Source: Tubulanus polymorphus (taxonomy: Eukaryota; Animalia; Nemertea). From it: a DNA stretch of 64,000 bases. How positions within the stretch are numbered: the first letter of the stretch is position 1; every line of letters starts with the position of its first letter. Below, one piece after another: positions 14,100 to 27,497 of this stretch. The notes under the pieces are model-generated. The model was given only the letters and a program-made list of their open reading frames with translations. It searched no databases and had not been told where the DNA came from. The translations under genes and the position numbers were made by a program. The stretch covers positions 7,572,655-7,636,654 of the forward strand of contig NC_134033.1 in the NCBI RefSeq assembly GCF_964204645.1, written 5' to 3'.

Positions 14100-15332
14100 T
14101 TGGTGCGGAATTCTAGATATTGCAGATGATTCAGATAGTGGTTACTTCTTTGTTGTAGATTTAGAATATCCTGAACATATTAAATTTAAATCTAGAAATC
14201 TATCATACTGTCCCGAACATAAAACTGTAACTCATGAAGAATTATCAAATTACCAAAAAAGAATTAAACCCGAAAATCATATTCATACAGAAAAGTTAAT
14301 GGTAACTCAAGAAGATAAAAAATATAATTATGTAGTACATTATAGAATGTTAAAGTTTTATCTAAAACAAGGAATGGTTCTAAAGAAAGTACATAGATAT
14401 ATTTCATTTAGTCAATATAAATGGTTAGAAAAATATATAGATTTTAACACCAAACAGAGAACTAAAGCTAAAACTGATTTCGAGAAAGATTTCTTCAAGT
14501 TAATGAACAATGCATTCTATGGTAAGACTTGTGAAAACATTAGAAATAGAAATGATATTGAGTTAGTTAGTAATGGTAAAAGGATAAGGCATTTACAATC
14601 ATACCTAAGTTTTTAGGTAACAGAATATTTGATGAAAATTTAGCTGCAGTTAAAATGAGAAGAACATCAATGAAACTTAATAAACCAATCTATGTTGGTG
14701 CTTCAGTTTTAGAAATATCAAAGCTATTAATGTATGAATTCTATTATAACGTATTACAACCTCATTTTGGAGAAAAACATATAGAAATCTTATATTTTGA
14801 TATTGACAGTTTCATATTAAAGATAAAAACTAATAACATAACAGATGATTTAAAAACATTAAAACATCATTTTGATTTCAGTAATTATCCTAAAGATCAT
14901 GAATTGTTTAGCAATGATAATAAAAAGCGACCCGGTAAATTCAAAGATGAATTAGGTGGTGAAGAAATGATAGAGTTCATTGGTATTAGATCCAAAATGT
15001 ATTAATATAAAACTAAAGAACATGAAGCTAAAAAGTTAAAAGGAATAACCAAAAGTGTAGTAGAAAAGAATATTCATTTCAAAGATTACATCAATTGTAT
15101 ATTCAAAGAAGAAGTTAGAAACCATAAGATGAGATGTTTAAGATCTGAAGATCATGAAATGTTTATTGAAGAGATAGAAAAGATAAGTCTAAACCCATTT
15201 GATGATAAAAGATATATTTTAGATGATGGAATTCACACAGTTGCGTATGTTTGCAATTTAGATGAATACTTAAAATTTAAAAGAGAAGAAACAAAAGAGA
15301 ATGAGGTTATGAAAAGAATTCTAACGTGTTAA
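14100..15332 (+). pseudogene. Polinton B pPolB, C-terminal part, intein-free
   Basis: VVDLEYP, FFKLMNNAFYGK, YFDIDS, GIRSKMY, LNPFDDKR; frameshift ~14600 and stop at 15003. Confidence 0.92.
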
Positions 15333-15361
15333 TCAAATTTTAATAAAAATATGTATTATAA

Positions 15362-15715
15362 ATGGAGAGTAAACAAGCAAACAGTGAGAACAACAAATTA
15401 TTTCTAGATAGAATAAAAGATACTTCAAATGTCAAATCAGTAGATTATAAATTTAAGAAGTTAAAAGAATTAACAATCCATAAGAAATATCTAATTACAA
15501 ATATTGATACAGTTACTAACAAATATGGAGATAAATTAGTTATACACTTAGAATATGAAGGATTAAAAGGAAATACATATAAATTCAGAACATATTTACC
15601 GGATAGATTTCATAGATTATCAAGTGAAGATTTAGAAGAATTATGTTCTGGGGATTTCTATTTCGTATACAAAGGTAAGAATGAAAAAGGGCATCATGAA
15701 ATAGATTTCGAATAA
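15362..15715 (+). CDS. Polinton B small beta-rich protein, possibly OB-fold ssDNA-binding
   Basis: Intact 117-aa ORF after pPolB with TAAATG start; homolog at 46058-46384. The function is inferred. Confidence 0.55.
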   Translation: MESKQANSENNKLFLDRIKDTSNVKSVDYKFKKLKELTIHKKYLITNIDTVTNKYGDKLVIHLEYEGLKGNTYKFRTYLPDRFHRLSSEDLEELCSGDFYFVYKGKNEKGHHEIDFE

Positions 15716-15732
15716 GAAAATATGTAAAATAA

Positions 15733-16219
15733 ATGGCGGAATTAAAAGAATACAGAATATTGGTTGATTCTGGAAGACTTACAAATTATAAATCTTATAA
15801 TTTACTAGTACAATTAGATAGAGAATTTAATTAGATAGTGTTGATTTAAAATTAGTTAATATAAGTTTATGTAATTCTTTTTATAATATATCGGGTAAAT
15901 CTATTGAACATAGATTGTTTATGATTTTTGATAGAAATGCCGATAAATGGTATCATATATTTATAAGACCAGGATTATATAATTTAGAAACATTAGCGCA
16001 AGAAATTAATAGAAGAGCTAGGGCAAAAATGGGCGCGGCTGCTGGATTTGTAATTAAATTTTTAAAAAGTGATATCAATAATAAAGTAAGAATAAAGTTA
16101 GATAAAGATGAACAACATAAATTTTTAGTTAAAAAACCTATGGCTAAACTGTTAGGAATTAATCTAGATAAACTTTATTCAAATGTTGACATTGCACCAA
16201 ACTTAATACCTTACACGCA
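15733..16219 (+). pseudogene. Polinton B minor capsid (penton), N-terminal part, interrupted by Polinton A
   Basis: Colinear with 35274-36029 up to NLIPYT; frameshift ~15830. Confidence 0.8.
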
Positions 16220-16289
16220 AGTCATTGGAAAAGTTGGCTTTCAGATCAGAGGACGAGATGACGAGACACCACTCATCACCACAAGTAAT
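16220..16289 (+). repeat. Left TIR of Polinton A
   Basis: AGTCATTGGAAAAG...CCACAAGTAAT, complementary to 46694-46763. Confidence 0.93.
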
Positions 16290-16304
16290 TTTTTTCCCTA
16301 ATAA

Positions 16305-19300
16305 ATGGGGGAGAATGAACACCAGCCAGAAAACAATAATGTTAATAAAGATCAATATTATTGCACAGATTGTAAAAAATACGTCGATACATCTAATAAA
16401 ACACGACATGAAAAAACTGCAAATCATATAAAAAATGTAATAGATTTTGAAACTCCAGAAAATTCCAATGAAAGAAAAGAAAGATTAGAAAATATGAATG
16501 TGGATGAAATAAAATGTGAAGTTTGTAATGAATTTATAGTAAAAAGGAATTATAATAGACATCTCGAATCACAAAAACACCATCAAAATTTGAGTAATAA
16601 TGTTTTAGGAAAAGATTATTTTGATGATAAACCTCAAAAAGTAAAAAAGCCAACTTCAAAAACTAAATCCATTTCAAATAAACCTTACATGGAAAATGTT
16701 AGAAATTATATTGATTCACTAGAAATAAAAGATACTATTGAAATTTTAGAAACATTACATAGTAAAATTGGTCCTGCAGCTATTATATTTAGATTTTTTA
16801 AAGGAACAACAATAGAAGATTATAGTACATTTAATGAAATAATAGAAAAAATACTAGATTTGATAACAGATGTTGAATATCCAAAAATTAGTATCTCTGG
16901 GAAAGTAAGTTTTATAAAGTCAGAAGAAAAAATGAATTATAATATTCAAACACACTCTAAAGAAATAATTTCAAAAACACAAATAAAAGAGAAGTTAGAA
17001 AAAATATTTAATGAATTTAAACGTCATATTGAAGAAAGATATTTTGAGGGTTCTGGCTTAACATTGAATGAAATTATATATTTAGATTTAAATGTTTATA
17101 ATACAAAAAGAAATAAAACATCAAAAAGTAAAACAATGTTTGAAAATGATTCAAACTTTACAACAGAAAAGGATATTAAAGCATCATCTTATATTAAATT
17201 ACCATTTACAACAAAAGCAGTAATAAATGTTCAAAATGAAGATAATAAATGTTTTCTATGGTCAATTATTAGTTGCTTACATCCAACACAGGAAAATGTT
17301 TGTAAAATAACAGATTATCGGAAATATGAAACATTATATAAAATTGATCAATATCCAGTAACTATAAAAATGATTTCTAAAATAGAAAAATTTAATAATT
17401 TAAAAATAAACGTATTCGAATTAATGCAATTACCAAAGACAAAAGGTGAAAATATTAAAGATTATACATTGGAAGCTTTATATTTAACAGAATATTATGA
17501 TGATGAAAATGCTATAGATTTGTTATATTACAAAAAAGATGAACATGAACATTATATGTGGTTAAAACAAATTGATTTATTCTTTAGAACAGAAAGTGAT
17601 CATCATCATAAAATTTATCTATGTAGAAAATGTTTATCTAAATTTATGACTGAGAATACATTATTAAAACATAAAGAATTATGTGATAATAAAGATTTTT
17701 GCAAATTAATAATGCCAACAGAAAAAGATTATAAATTGAAATTTACTAATCATAAATTTAAGAATATTGTTCCATTTGTAATTTATGGAGATTTTGAATC
17801 GTTGAATAAAGAATTAACTGATCAAGATAGAAAAGAAATATATAACAAAAAGCAATTATTAAAATCAATGGATAAAGGAAATGAATTAAATGAAGACACA
17901 ATACAAGACCCACCAATTATAAATACAATTAAAAAAGTTCATCAAAGAGCTGCTGTTTTTGGAATTTATATAAAATCAAATTATCCCGAATTATATGAAA
18001 GTCAATATATTTCTTTTAGAGGTGAAAATGTAGTTAATGATTTTTGTGATAAAATGATTGAATTAGAAAGTGATTTTGCAAAATTATTAAACAAAAATAA
18101 AAGAATAGTTATGACAAAAGAAGATGAAATTGATTTTAATTATGCAACTCATTGTTGTTATTGTGAAAAACGTTTTTATTCATTTGATAAAAAAGTTAGA
18201 GATCATGATCATTTAAATTCAAAATATCGTGGAGCTGCTCATGAAGATTGCAATTTACAAGCTAAGAAAGTTAATTTCGTACCAATATTATTTCATAATT
18301 TATCAGGCTATGATACCCATCTATTTATAAAACAATTATCGGGACAATTGGGCGCAATTAATCAAGAAATAGAAGAATATAATGCTATGAATGGTGTAAA
18401 TGTAAGAAAATATGATTTTAAACTATTAGCTAAAACATCTGAAAATTATATTTCATTTCAATTTGGTTGCATTAGATTTTTAGATTCTTATAGATTTCTA
18501 GCAAGTTCATTAGATAATTTATCAAAAAGTTTAGTTGATAATGATTTTGTTATAACTCGATATTATTATCCAAATGAACAAGATTTTAAATTATTGAGAT
18601 ATAAAGGTGCAATTCCTTATTCATTTTATAAAACACACAATGATTTTAATGTAACAGAATTATTAAAAGATCAATTTTATGATCAATTAAAAGAGGAGTA
18701 TGTGAAAGACGAAGTGTTTAATAGAACATTAAATATTTGGAACCATTTTAAGATGAAAAATCATGGTAAATTAGTTGATTTATATTTAAAATCAGATGTT
18801 ATGATATTGGCTGACATATTTGAAAAATTTAGAGAAGTTAATTTGAATCATTTTAATGTTGATCCTTGTTATTGCTACTCTAGTCCTGGTTTAACCTGGC
18901 AATATGGTTTAAAATATACAAATGTAGAATTAGATTTATTAAAAGAACCAGATATGGTTTTATTATTTGAAAAATCAATTAGAGGTGGAATTAGTGGTGT
19001 TATGGGAGATAGGTATTTTAAAGCAAATGATGAATACAAATTATTATATATTGACGCCAATAATTTATATGGCTGGGCAATGATGCAACCCCAACCATAT
19101 AAAAATTTTATATTAACAGAAGTTGAAAATGATTATAAAACTAATTGGGAAAGCGCAATTATGAGTTTAGAAGACGAAGCTCCAATTGGTTATTTCCTTG
19201 TAGTTGATTTAGAATATCCTGAAAATATAAAGTTTAAAACAAGAAACTTACCTTATTGCCCAGAACATTTAACTGTAGATGATAGTTATTTAAGTGAATA

Positions 19301-20736
19301 CCAGAAGAAAATAAAACCGAAAGATCATGTTTTTACAGAAAAATTAATACTTACTCAAAATAATAAATACAATTATATTGTTCATTATAGAATGTTAAAA
19401 TTTTATCTAAAACAAGGAATGAAATTAAAGAAAGTACATAGATATATCGAATTTAATCAATCGAAGTGGTTAGAAAAATATATAGATTTCAATACTCAAC
19501 AGAGAACAATATCAAAAACAGATTTTGAAAAAGATTTCTTCAAATTAATGAATAATAGTTTTTATGGTAAAACATGTGAAATATTAGAAATAGAAATGAT
19601 ATTGAATTAGTAAATAATTCTGAACGATTAAGACATTTACAATCAAGTCCTAGACATTTAGGAAATAAAAGATTTGAAGATTATTTAACAGCAGTTAAAT
19701 TAAAAAGAACGTCAATGAAATTTAATAAACCTATATTCATTGGTTCAACTGTTTTAGAAGTATCAAAATTATTAATGTATGATTTTTATTATAATGTTTT
19801 ACAACCACTTTTTGGGGAAAAGCATATTGAAATATTATATTTTGATTCTGTAACAGCTGACACCCCAATATTATTAAAATGTAATGATAAAATATTGATA
19901 AGAAGAATTTCAGAAATAATTCCAAAACAAAATGAATGTTATATTTCATATGGTGAAAAAGAATCAATACAAATAAATGGATTAATGGATGTATGGACAA
20001 GAAATGGATGGAAAAAATTAAAGAATATTATTAAGCATAAAACAAATAAGAAAATCTATAGAGTTAGAACTAAATTAGGGTTCGTTGATGTTACAGAAGA
20101 TCATAGTTTAATTAAACGAAATGGTGATGAAATAAAACCAACTGATATTGGAGACGAATTATTACATAAAAGATTTTTCCAAAGAATGAATCATATGTCA
20201 TTTGATGAAATAATTGATAATATTTATAACATAGAACCCGAAACATTAGAAGAAAAAGAATATTTTATCAAAGGATTTTTCATGGGAGATGGTTCAGCAG
20301 GTGTGTATAATTATGTTTGGGGTAATAAATATTGCTGGTATTTATGCAATCAAGACTTAAAATTATTAGAAAGAATTAAGAAATTCTCTGAAGAAGTTTA
20401 TTCACATAAAACATTCAAAATCATAGATGTTATGAAATCATCGCAATGTTATAGAATACATGTGAATAATCCTAAAGATTTTGCTATAAAATATGATGAC
20501 GAATTCTATATTCATGCAATAGTGAAAAGTAAAAGTAAAAGTAATAGTTGTTCCAGATAATGTATTAAATGCAAAAAAATAATTTAAGAAAGTGGTTCTT
20601 CATTGGATTCTATGCCGCAGATGGCACTAAAAAATTTACAAAGGATAAAAAGATAACCTTTGCACAGAAAGGAAAAGTTGCTATATCAGGATTAAATATA
20701 TTATGCAGTTCATTAGGATTTAATATGAATATAGAA
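16305..20736 (+). pseudogene. Polinton A protein-primed DNA polymerase B (N-extein plus first ~297 codons of intein)
   Basis: ExoI YGDFES, ExoII FHNLSGYD, ExoIII YLKSDV, motif A YIDANNLYGWAM, motif B KLMNNSFYGK, YFD; 1-nt deletion ~19580. Confidence 0.95.
19847..20736 (+). other. Intein N-terminal part with LAGLIDADG homing endonuclease
   Basis: Block A SVTADTPI, block B VTEDHSL, FIKGFFMGDG and (after a frameshift ~20575) FFIGFYAADG. Confidence 0.92.
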
Positions 20737-21535
20737 ATATAGCTGCAAAGCAGCGATAACGGGTTTTCTGCACAGTCTTTGAATCCTGTTCAATGGTTAA
20801 CACAGTTTTATAAGAGGAAGCTCGACAGACAGTCAATTAGACCTTCTTGAAACCATGGACAACTGGACTTGATGTCCTATTTGACTCTGGAAAATCGACT
20901 GTTAGGCGATAATTACTCTTTATGATTTCGACAAAGCATTTGATAAGGTACAACATCAGCCATTACTAAACAAGGCTATTAGGAAACAGTATCAATGATA
21001 GGTTGCCGAAATGGCTCAGCATTATATCTGAACGAAAACTTGTAGCCGAAATCAACGGAACGCCTCATCTTGGAATAAGTCGGTCTAACTAGTGGAGTCA
21101 CGCAAGGTAGTATCCTAAGTCGTCTTCTAATGTCCTGACAAATGACATACACAGTAATCCAAAATATACCAGACCGAGTAAATTTCCAAAACGACCTTAC
21201 CACACTGTTCGACCAAAAAACTTAATGTTCCGATAAAACCACGGGGACAAAACCAAAATTATGAATTGTCGCCGGTGACAAAACCAAAATAATGAATTGT
21301 CACGGGCGACAAAACAAAAATAATGAATTGTCGAGGGCGATAAAACCAAAATAATGAATTGTCGCGGGCGATAAAACCACAAATAATGAATTGTCGCGGG
21401 CGTTAAAACCAAAATATTGAATTGTCGCGGCGATAAAACCAAAATAATGAATTGTCGCGGACGACAAAAACAAAATATTGAATTGTTGCGTGCAACAAAA
21501 CCAGAATAATGAATTGTCGCGGGCGACAAAACCAA

Positions 21536-22941
21536 ACTAGGGGTCCAGGGACACCATGCTCACTTGGGAAGTGGTTTCAAATGCTCAACAATCTAACAAT
21601 TTCAATACACAACGCCCTCTAGTGACCATATACAAAAACCAATGACCTTGAAACCCACCACAATCATAGTACATGTGAGCAGCTATGATTTTGTAATTGA
21701 TTGTGAAATATGCCTCGTTACCAATTTAATATGGAAATACTAAGTTATTCTACTATTCAACGCCCCTGGTGACCATATGCAAAACCCCATGACCTTAAAA
21801 CTCACCACAATTGTAGTACATGTCATGAAATACAACTTTGCAATTGATCATAGTAACAAAATATGCCTAGGTACCAATCTAATAAGGAAATACTAAGCCA
21901 TTCTACTATTCAACGCCCCCTGGTGACTATATGGAATAACTAATGTCCTTAAAAACTCACCACAATCATAGACGATGTCATGATCTACAACTTTGCAATG
22001 GATCATGGTAACAAACTATGCCTAGGTACCAATCTAATAAGGAAAAACTAAGCTTTTCTACTATTCAACGCCCCCTGGTGACTATATGGAATAACTAATG
22101 TCCTTAAAAACTCACAACAATCATAGACGATATCATGAACTACAACTTCGCAATTGATCATGGTAACAAAATATGCCTTGGTACAAATATAATATAGCAA
22201 TACTAAGTTATTGTATTATTCAACGCCCCCTGATGGCCACATACTAAAACCAATGACCTTGAAACTCACCAAAATCATAGAACACGTTATGGGCTACAAC
22301 TTTCTAATTGAATATAGTAACACAATATGCTTAGGTATCGATTTAATGTGGAAAAACTTTTTCCCACCTACGAATGAGTACTGATGACACCAAGATGGCC
22401 GCCAATTGCGTCATAATTAGCTGATCAAAAATACCTGTCCCAGGTATAAAATATCCCTCTCTAAGGAATACCCATCAGCAATTGCAATGAGAAATGGCAA
22501 ACCAGTAGGGAGCTACAGGACCTAGAATTCTGGCCTAAATTGACATTTTTGGGCACTAAAAAGGTCATAGGACGGCCATCTTGAGTCAGATCGACCCAAT
22601 TTTCTTATGCTGATGGGCCTTTGGTAGATTCAAATATAAACGAAAGATCAAGGTAATTGATCAAAGCGTCTTCAAAATTTCCCACGAAAACTTCGAAAAT
22701 GTTTAAAAAGTGCTGATTTTGGCAAACAACAATGGCTGCCAGTCGGCCATCTTTAATCTGACAGGGCCTGTTTTTGGGCTGACGATGTGTCTAGGGTAGA
22801 TACATGTATACACCAAATATCAAGACATTACCTTGAAGCGTCTTCAAAACTTCCCAAAATAACTGGATTCCGTCTATAGACGGACGGACGGACGAAAAGT
22901 GAACACAATAGCCCGCTGCGACTAAAGTCGCAAGTGGACTG
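21536..22941 (-). mobile_element. 1.4-kb HINE nested in a satellite unit
   Basis: Reverse complement of 2151-3560; 5' fragments recur at ~24650-24793 and ~26120-26263. Confidence 0.72.
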
Positions 22942-25900
22942 AAAAAGAATTGTCGCGGGCGACAAAACCAAACTAATGAATTGTCGCGGGTGATAAAACC
23001 AAAATATTGAATTGTCGCGGGCGACAAAACCAAACTAATGAATTGTCGCGGGCGATAAAACAAAAATATTGAATTGTCGCGGGCGATAAAACCAAAATAA
23101 TGAATTGTCTCGGGCGATAAAACCAAAATAATGAATTGTCGGGGCGACAAAACCAAAATAATGAATTGTCGCGGGTGATAAAACCAAAATATTGAATTGT
23201 CGCGGGCGACAAAACCAAACTAATGAATTGTCGCGGGCGATAAAACAAAAATATTGAATTGTCGCGGGCGATAAAACCAAAATAATGAATTGTCTCGGGC
23301 GATAAAACCAAAATTATGAATAGTCGGGGCGACAAAACCAAAATAATGAATTGTCGCGGGCGACAAAACCAAAATAATGAATTATTGCGGGCGATAAAAC
23401 CAAAATATTGAATTGTCGCGGGCGATAAAACCAAAATAATGAATTGTCGCGGGCAACAAAACCAAAATATTGAATTGTCGCAGGCGACAAAACCAAAAAA
23501 AAATTGTCGCGGGTGACAAAAACAAAGTATAAAACGAAAATAATGAATTGTCGCGGGCGTCAAAACCAAAAACAAGAATTGTCGCGGGCGACAAAACCAA
23601 AATAATGAATTGTCGCTGGAGATAAAACCAAAAAAAGAATTGTCGGGGCGACAAAACCAAAATAATGAATTGTCGCGGGCGATAAAACCAAAATAATGAA
23701 TTGTCGCGGGCGATAAAACCAAAATAATGAATTGTCGCGGGCGACAAAACCAAAATGATGAATTGTTGCGGGCGACAAAACCAAAATAACGAATTGTCAC
23801 GGGCGATAAAACAGTAATAATGAATTGTCGCGGGCGATAAAACCAAGATAATGAATTTTCTCACGCTACAAAACCAAAATAACGAATTGTCACGGGCGAT
23901 AAAACAGTAATAATGAATTGTCGCGGGCGATAAAACCAAAATATTGAATTGTCGCGGGCGACAAAAACAAAATATAAAACCAAAATAATGAATTGTCGAA
24001 GGCGACAAAACCAAAATAATGCATTGTCGCTGGCGATAAAACCAAAGTAATGAATTGTCGTGGGCGATAAAACCAAAATAATGAATTGTCGCGGGCGACA
24101 AAATCAAAATCATTGTTTTCTTGCGTTATTTTTGTTTTGTCGTAATGTCGCCCTTATTTGCATATTCGTGTTTTTTTATCTTATCAGCCACCATACTAAA
24201 GCTTTAAGGTCGCGTAAAACTCGATAAACACTTCAAGCGACACAGCGAACGATCTCCTTTCCCCCACAGCGAACACTTACTCCGAATGTCAAGTATGAGT
24301 CCAGCATACGGATAGGAGTGTGTTATATACTTGTATTTAGTAAATACCTTGTGGATTTGACAATGATCGGTATGTACTGTAGGAAATATAGAGTATTGAT
24401 GGTATTGATATAGAGGGCCGCGGCCGAATAAAGTAATATATTGTTTTATTTTGATACCTCGTCGACATAACAGCTTTTCTCCGCTATATCTCTTCGGCGT
24501 GTTTAGTTTAGGCCTACGACTCCACGCTACGACTCCCCGGTACACTTATGATTTATCTTAGTAAAACTAAATTAACTGCTTGACGCCCGCAGCCAAATCA
24601 CTGGTAGTAATAAATTAATTTGTACTCGATTTGATTCTCAGAATGCCAGTTTTTGGGCTGACGATGTGTCTAGGGTAGATACATGTATAAACCAAATATC
24701 AAGACATTACCTTGAAGCGTCTTCAAAACTTCCCAAAATAACTGGATTCCGTCTATGGACGGACGGACGGACGAAAAGTGAACACAATAGCCCGTAATGA
24801 ATTGTCGCTGGAGATAAAACCAAAGTAATGAATTGTCGTGGGCGATAAAACCAAAATATTGAATTGTCGCGGGCGACAAAACCAAACTAATGAATTGTCG
24901 CGGCAACAAAACCAAAAAAAGAATTGTCGGGGCGCGACAAAACCAAAATGGTGAATTGTCCAGGCGACAAGATCAAAATGGTGAATTGTCTCGGGCGACA
25001 AAACAAAAATAATGAATTGTCGTGGGCGATAAAACCAAAATAATGAATTATCGCGGGCGATAAAACCAAAATATTGAATTGTCACGGTTGATAAAACCAA
25101 AATAATGAATTGTCGCGGGCGACAAAACCAAAATATTGAATTGTCGCGGGCGACGAAACCAAAATATTGAATTGTCGCCGGCGATAAAACCAAAATAATG
25201 AATTGTCGCGGGCGACAAAACCAAAATGATGAATTGTCGCGGGCGACAAAACCAAAATAACGAATTGTCACGGGCGATAAAACAGTAATAATGAATTGTC
25301 GCGGGCGATAAAACCAAGATAATGAATTTTCTCACGCTACAAAACCAAAATAATGAATTATCACGGGCGATAAAACCAAAATATTGAATTGTCGCAGGCG
25401 ATAAAACCAAAATATTGAATTGTCGCGGGCGACAAAAACAAAATATAAAACCAAAATAATGAATTGTCGAAGGCGACAAAACCAAAATAATGCATTGTCG
25501 CTGGCGATAAAACCAAAGTAATGAATTGTCGTGGGCGATAAAACCAAAATAATGAATTGTCGCGGGCGACAAAATCAAAATCATTGTTTTCTTGCGTTAT
25601 TTTAGTTTTGTCGTAATGTCGCCCTTATTTGCATATTCGTGTTTTTTTATCTTATCAGCCACCATACTAAAGCTTTAAGGTCGCGTAAAACTCGATAAAC
25701 ACTTCAAGCGACACAGCGAACGATCTCCTTTCCCCCACAGCGAACACTTACTCCGAATGTCAAGTATGAGTCCAGCACACGGATAGGAGTGTGTTATATA
25801 CTTGTATTTAGTAAATACCTTGTGGATTTGACAATGATCGGTATGTACTGTAGGAAATATAGAGTATTGATGGTATTGATATAGAGGGCCGCGGCCGAAT

Positions 25901-27497
25901 AAAGTAATATATTGTTTTATTTTGATACCTCGTCGACATAACAGCTTTTCTCCGCTATATCTCTTCGGCGTGTTTAGTTTAGGCCTACGACTCCACGCTA
26001 CGACTCCCCGGTACACTTATGATTTATCTTAGTAAAACTAAATTAACTCCTTGACGCCCGCAGCCAAATCACTGGTAGTAATAAATTAATTTGTACTCGA
26101 TTTGATTCTCAGAATGCCAGTTTTTGGGCTGACGATGTGTCTAGGGTAGATACATGTATAAACCAAATATCAAGACATTACCTTGAAGCGTCTTCAAAAC
26201 TTCCCAAAATAACTGGATTCCGTCTATGGACGGACGGACGGACGAAAAGTGAACACAATAGCCCGTAATGAATTGTCGCTGGAGATAAAACCAAAGTAAT
26301 GAATTGTCGTGGGCGATAAAACCAAAATATTGAATTGTCGCGGGCGACAAAACCAAACTAATGAATTGTCGCGGCAACAAAACCAAAAAAAGAATTGTCG
26401 GGGCGACAAAACCAAAATAATGAATTGTCGCGGGCGACAAAACCAAAATGGTGAATTGTCCAGGCGACAAGATCAAAATGGTGAATTGTCTCGGGCGACA
26501 AAACAAAAATAATGAATTGTCGTGGGCGATAAAACCAAAATAATGAATTATCGCGGGCGATAAAACCAAAATATTGAATTGTCACGGTTGATAAAACCAA
26601 AATAATGAATTGTCGCGGGCGTCAAAACCAAAATATTGAATTGTCGCGGGCGACGAAACCAAAATATTGAATTGTCGCGGGCGATAAAACCAAAATAATG
26701 AATTGTCGCGGGCGACAAAACCAAAATGATGAATTGTCGCGGGCGACAAAACCAAAATAACGAATTGTCACGGGCGATAAAACAGTAATAATGAATTGTC
26801 GCGGGCGATAAAACCAAGATAATGAATTTTCTCACGCTACAAAACCAAAATAATGAATTATCGCGGGCGATAAAACCAAAATATTGAATTGTCGCAGGCG
26901 ATAAAACCAAAATATTGAATTGTCGCGGGCGACAAAAACAAAATATAAAACCAAAATAATGAATTGTCGAAGGCGACAAAACCAAAATAATGCATTGTCG
27001 CTGGCGATAAAACCAAAGTAATGAATTGTCGTGGGCGATAAAACCAAAATAATGAATTATCGCGGGCGATAAAACCAAAATATTGAATTGTCACGGTTGA
27101 TAAAACCAAAATAATGAATTGTCGCGGGCGACAAAACCAAAATATTGAATTGTCGCGGGCGACGAAACCAAAATATTGAATTGTCGCAGGCGACAAAACC
27201 AAAATAATGAATTGTCGCGAGAGACAAAACCAAAATAATGAATTATCGCGGGCGATAAAACCAAAATATTGAATTGTTGCGGGCGATAAAATCTAAATAT
27301 TGAATTGTCGCGGGCGACAAAACCAAAAAAGAAAAATTTCACGGGCGACAAAAACAAAATATAAAACCAAAATAATGAATTGTTGCGGGCGACAAAACCA
27401 AAATAATGCATTGTCGCTGGCGATAAAACTAAAGTAATGAATTGTCGTGGGCGATAAAACCAAAATAATGTATCGTCGCGGGCGACAAAATCAAAAT
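22942..27497. repeat. 31-bp satellite arrays alternating with a ~690-bp block (higher-order period ~1471 bp)
   Basis: Arrays 22942-24110, 24795-25580, 26266-27497; block copies at 24204 and 25675. Confidence 0.92.

Larger units (their letters stand above)
15528..24925. repeat. Right arm of giant inverted duplication (outer limit set by window start)
   Basis: Reverse complement of 1-11099 with scattered substitutions and indels. Confidence 0.93.

Noticed and set aside
10338-16289. Small element bounded by TIRs at 10338 and 16220
   Set aside because: These TIR copies face outward and arise from the inverted duplication; the true partner with TSD is at 46763.
15915-16301. 128-aa ORF as a real gene
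   Set aside because: Chimera of penton B and the Polinton A TIR.
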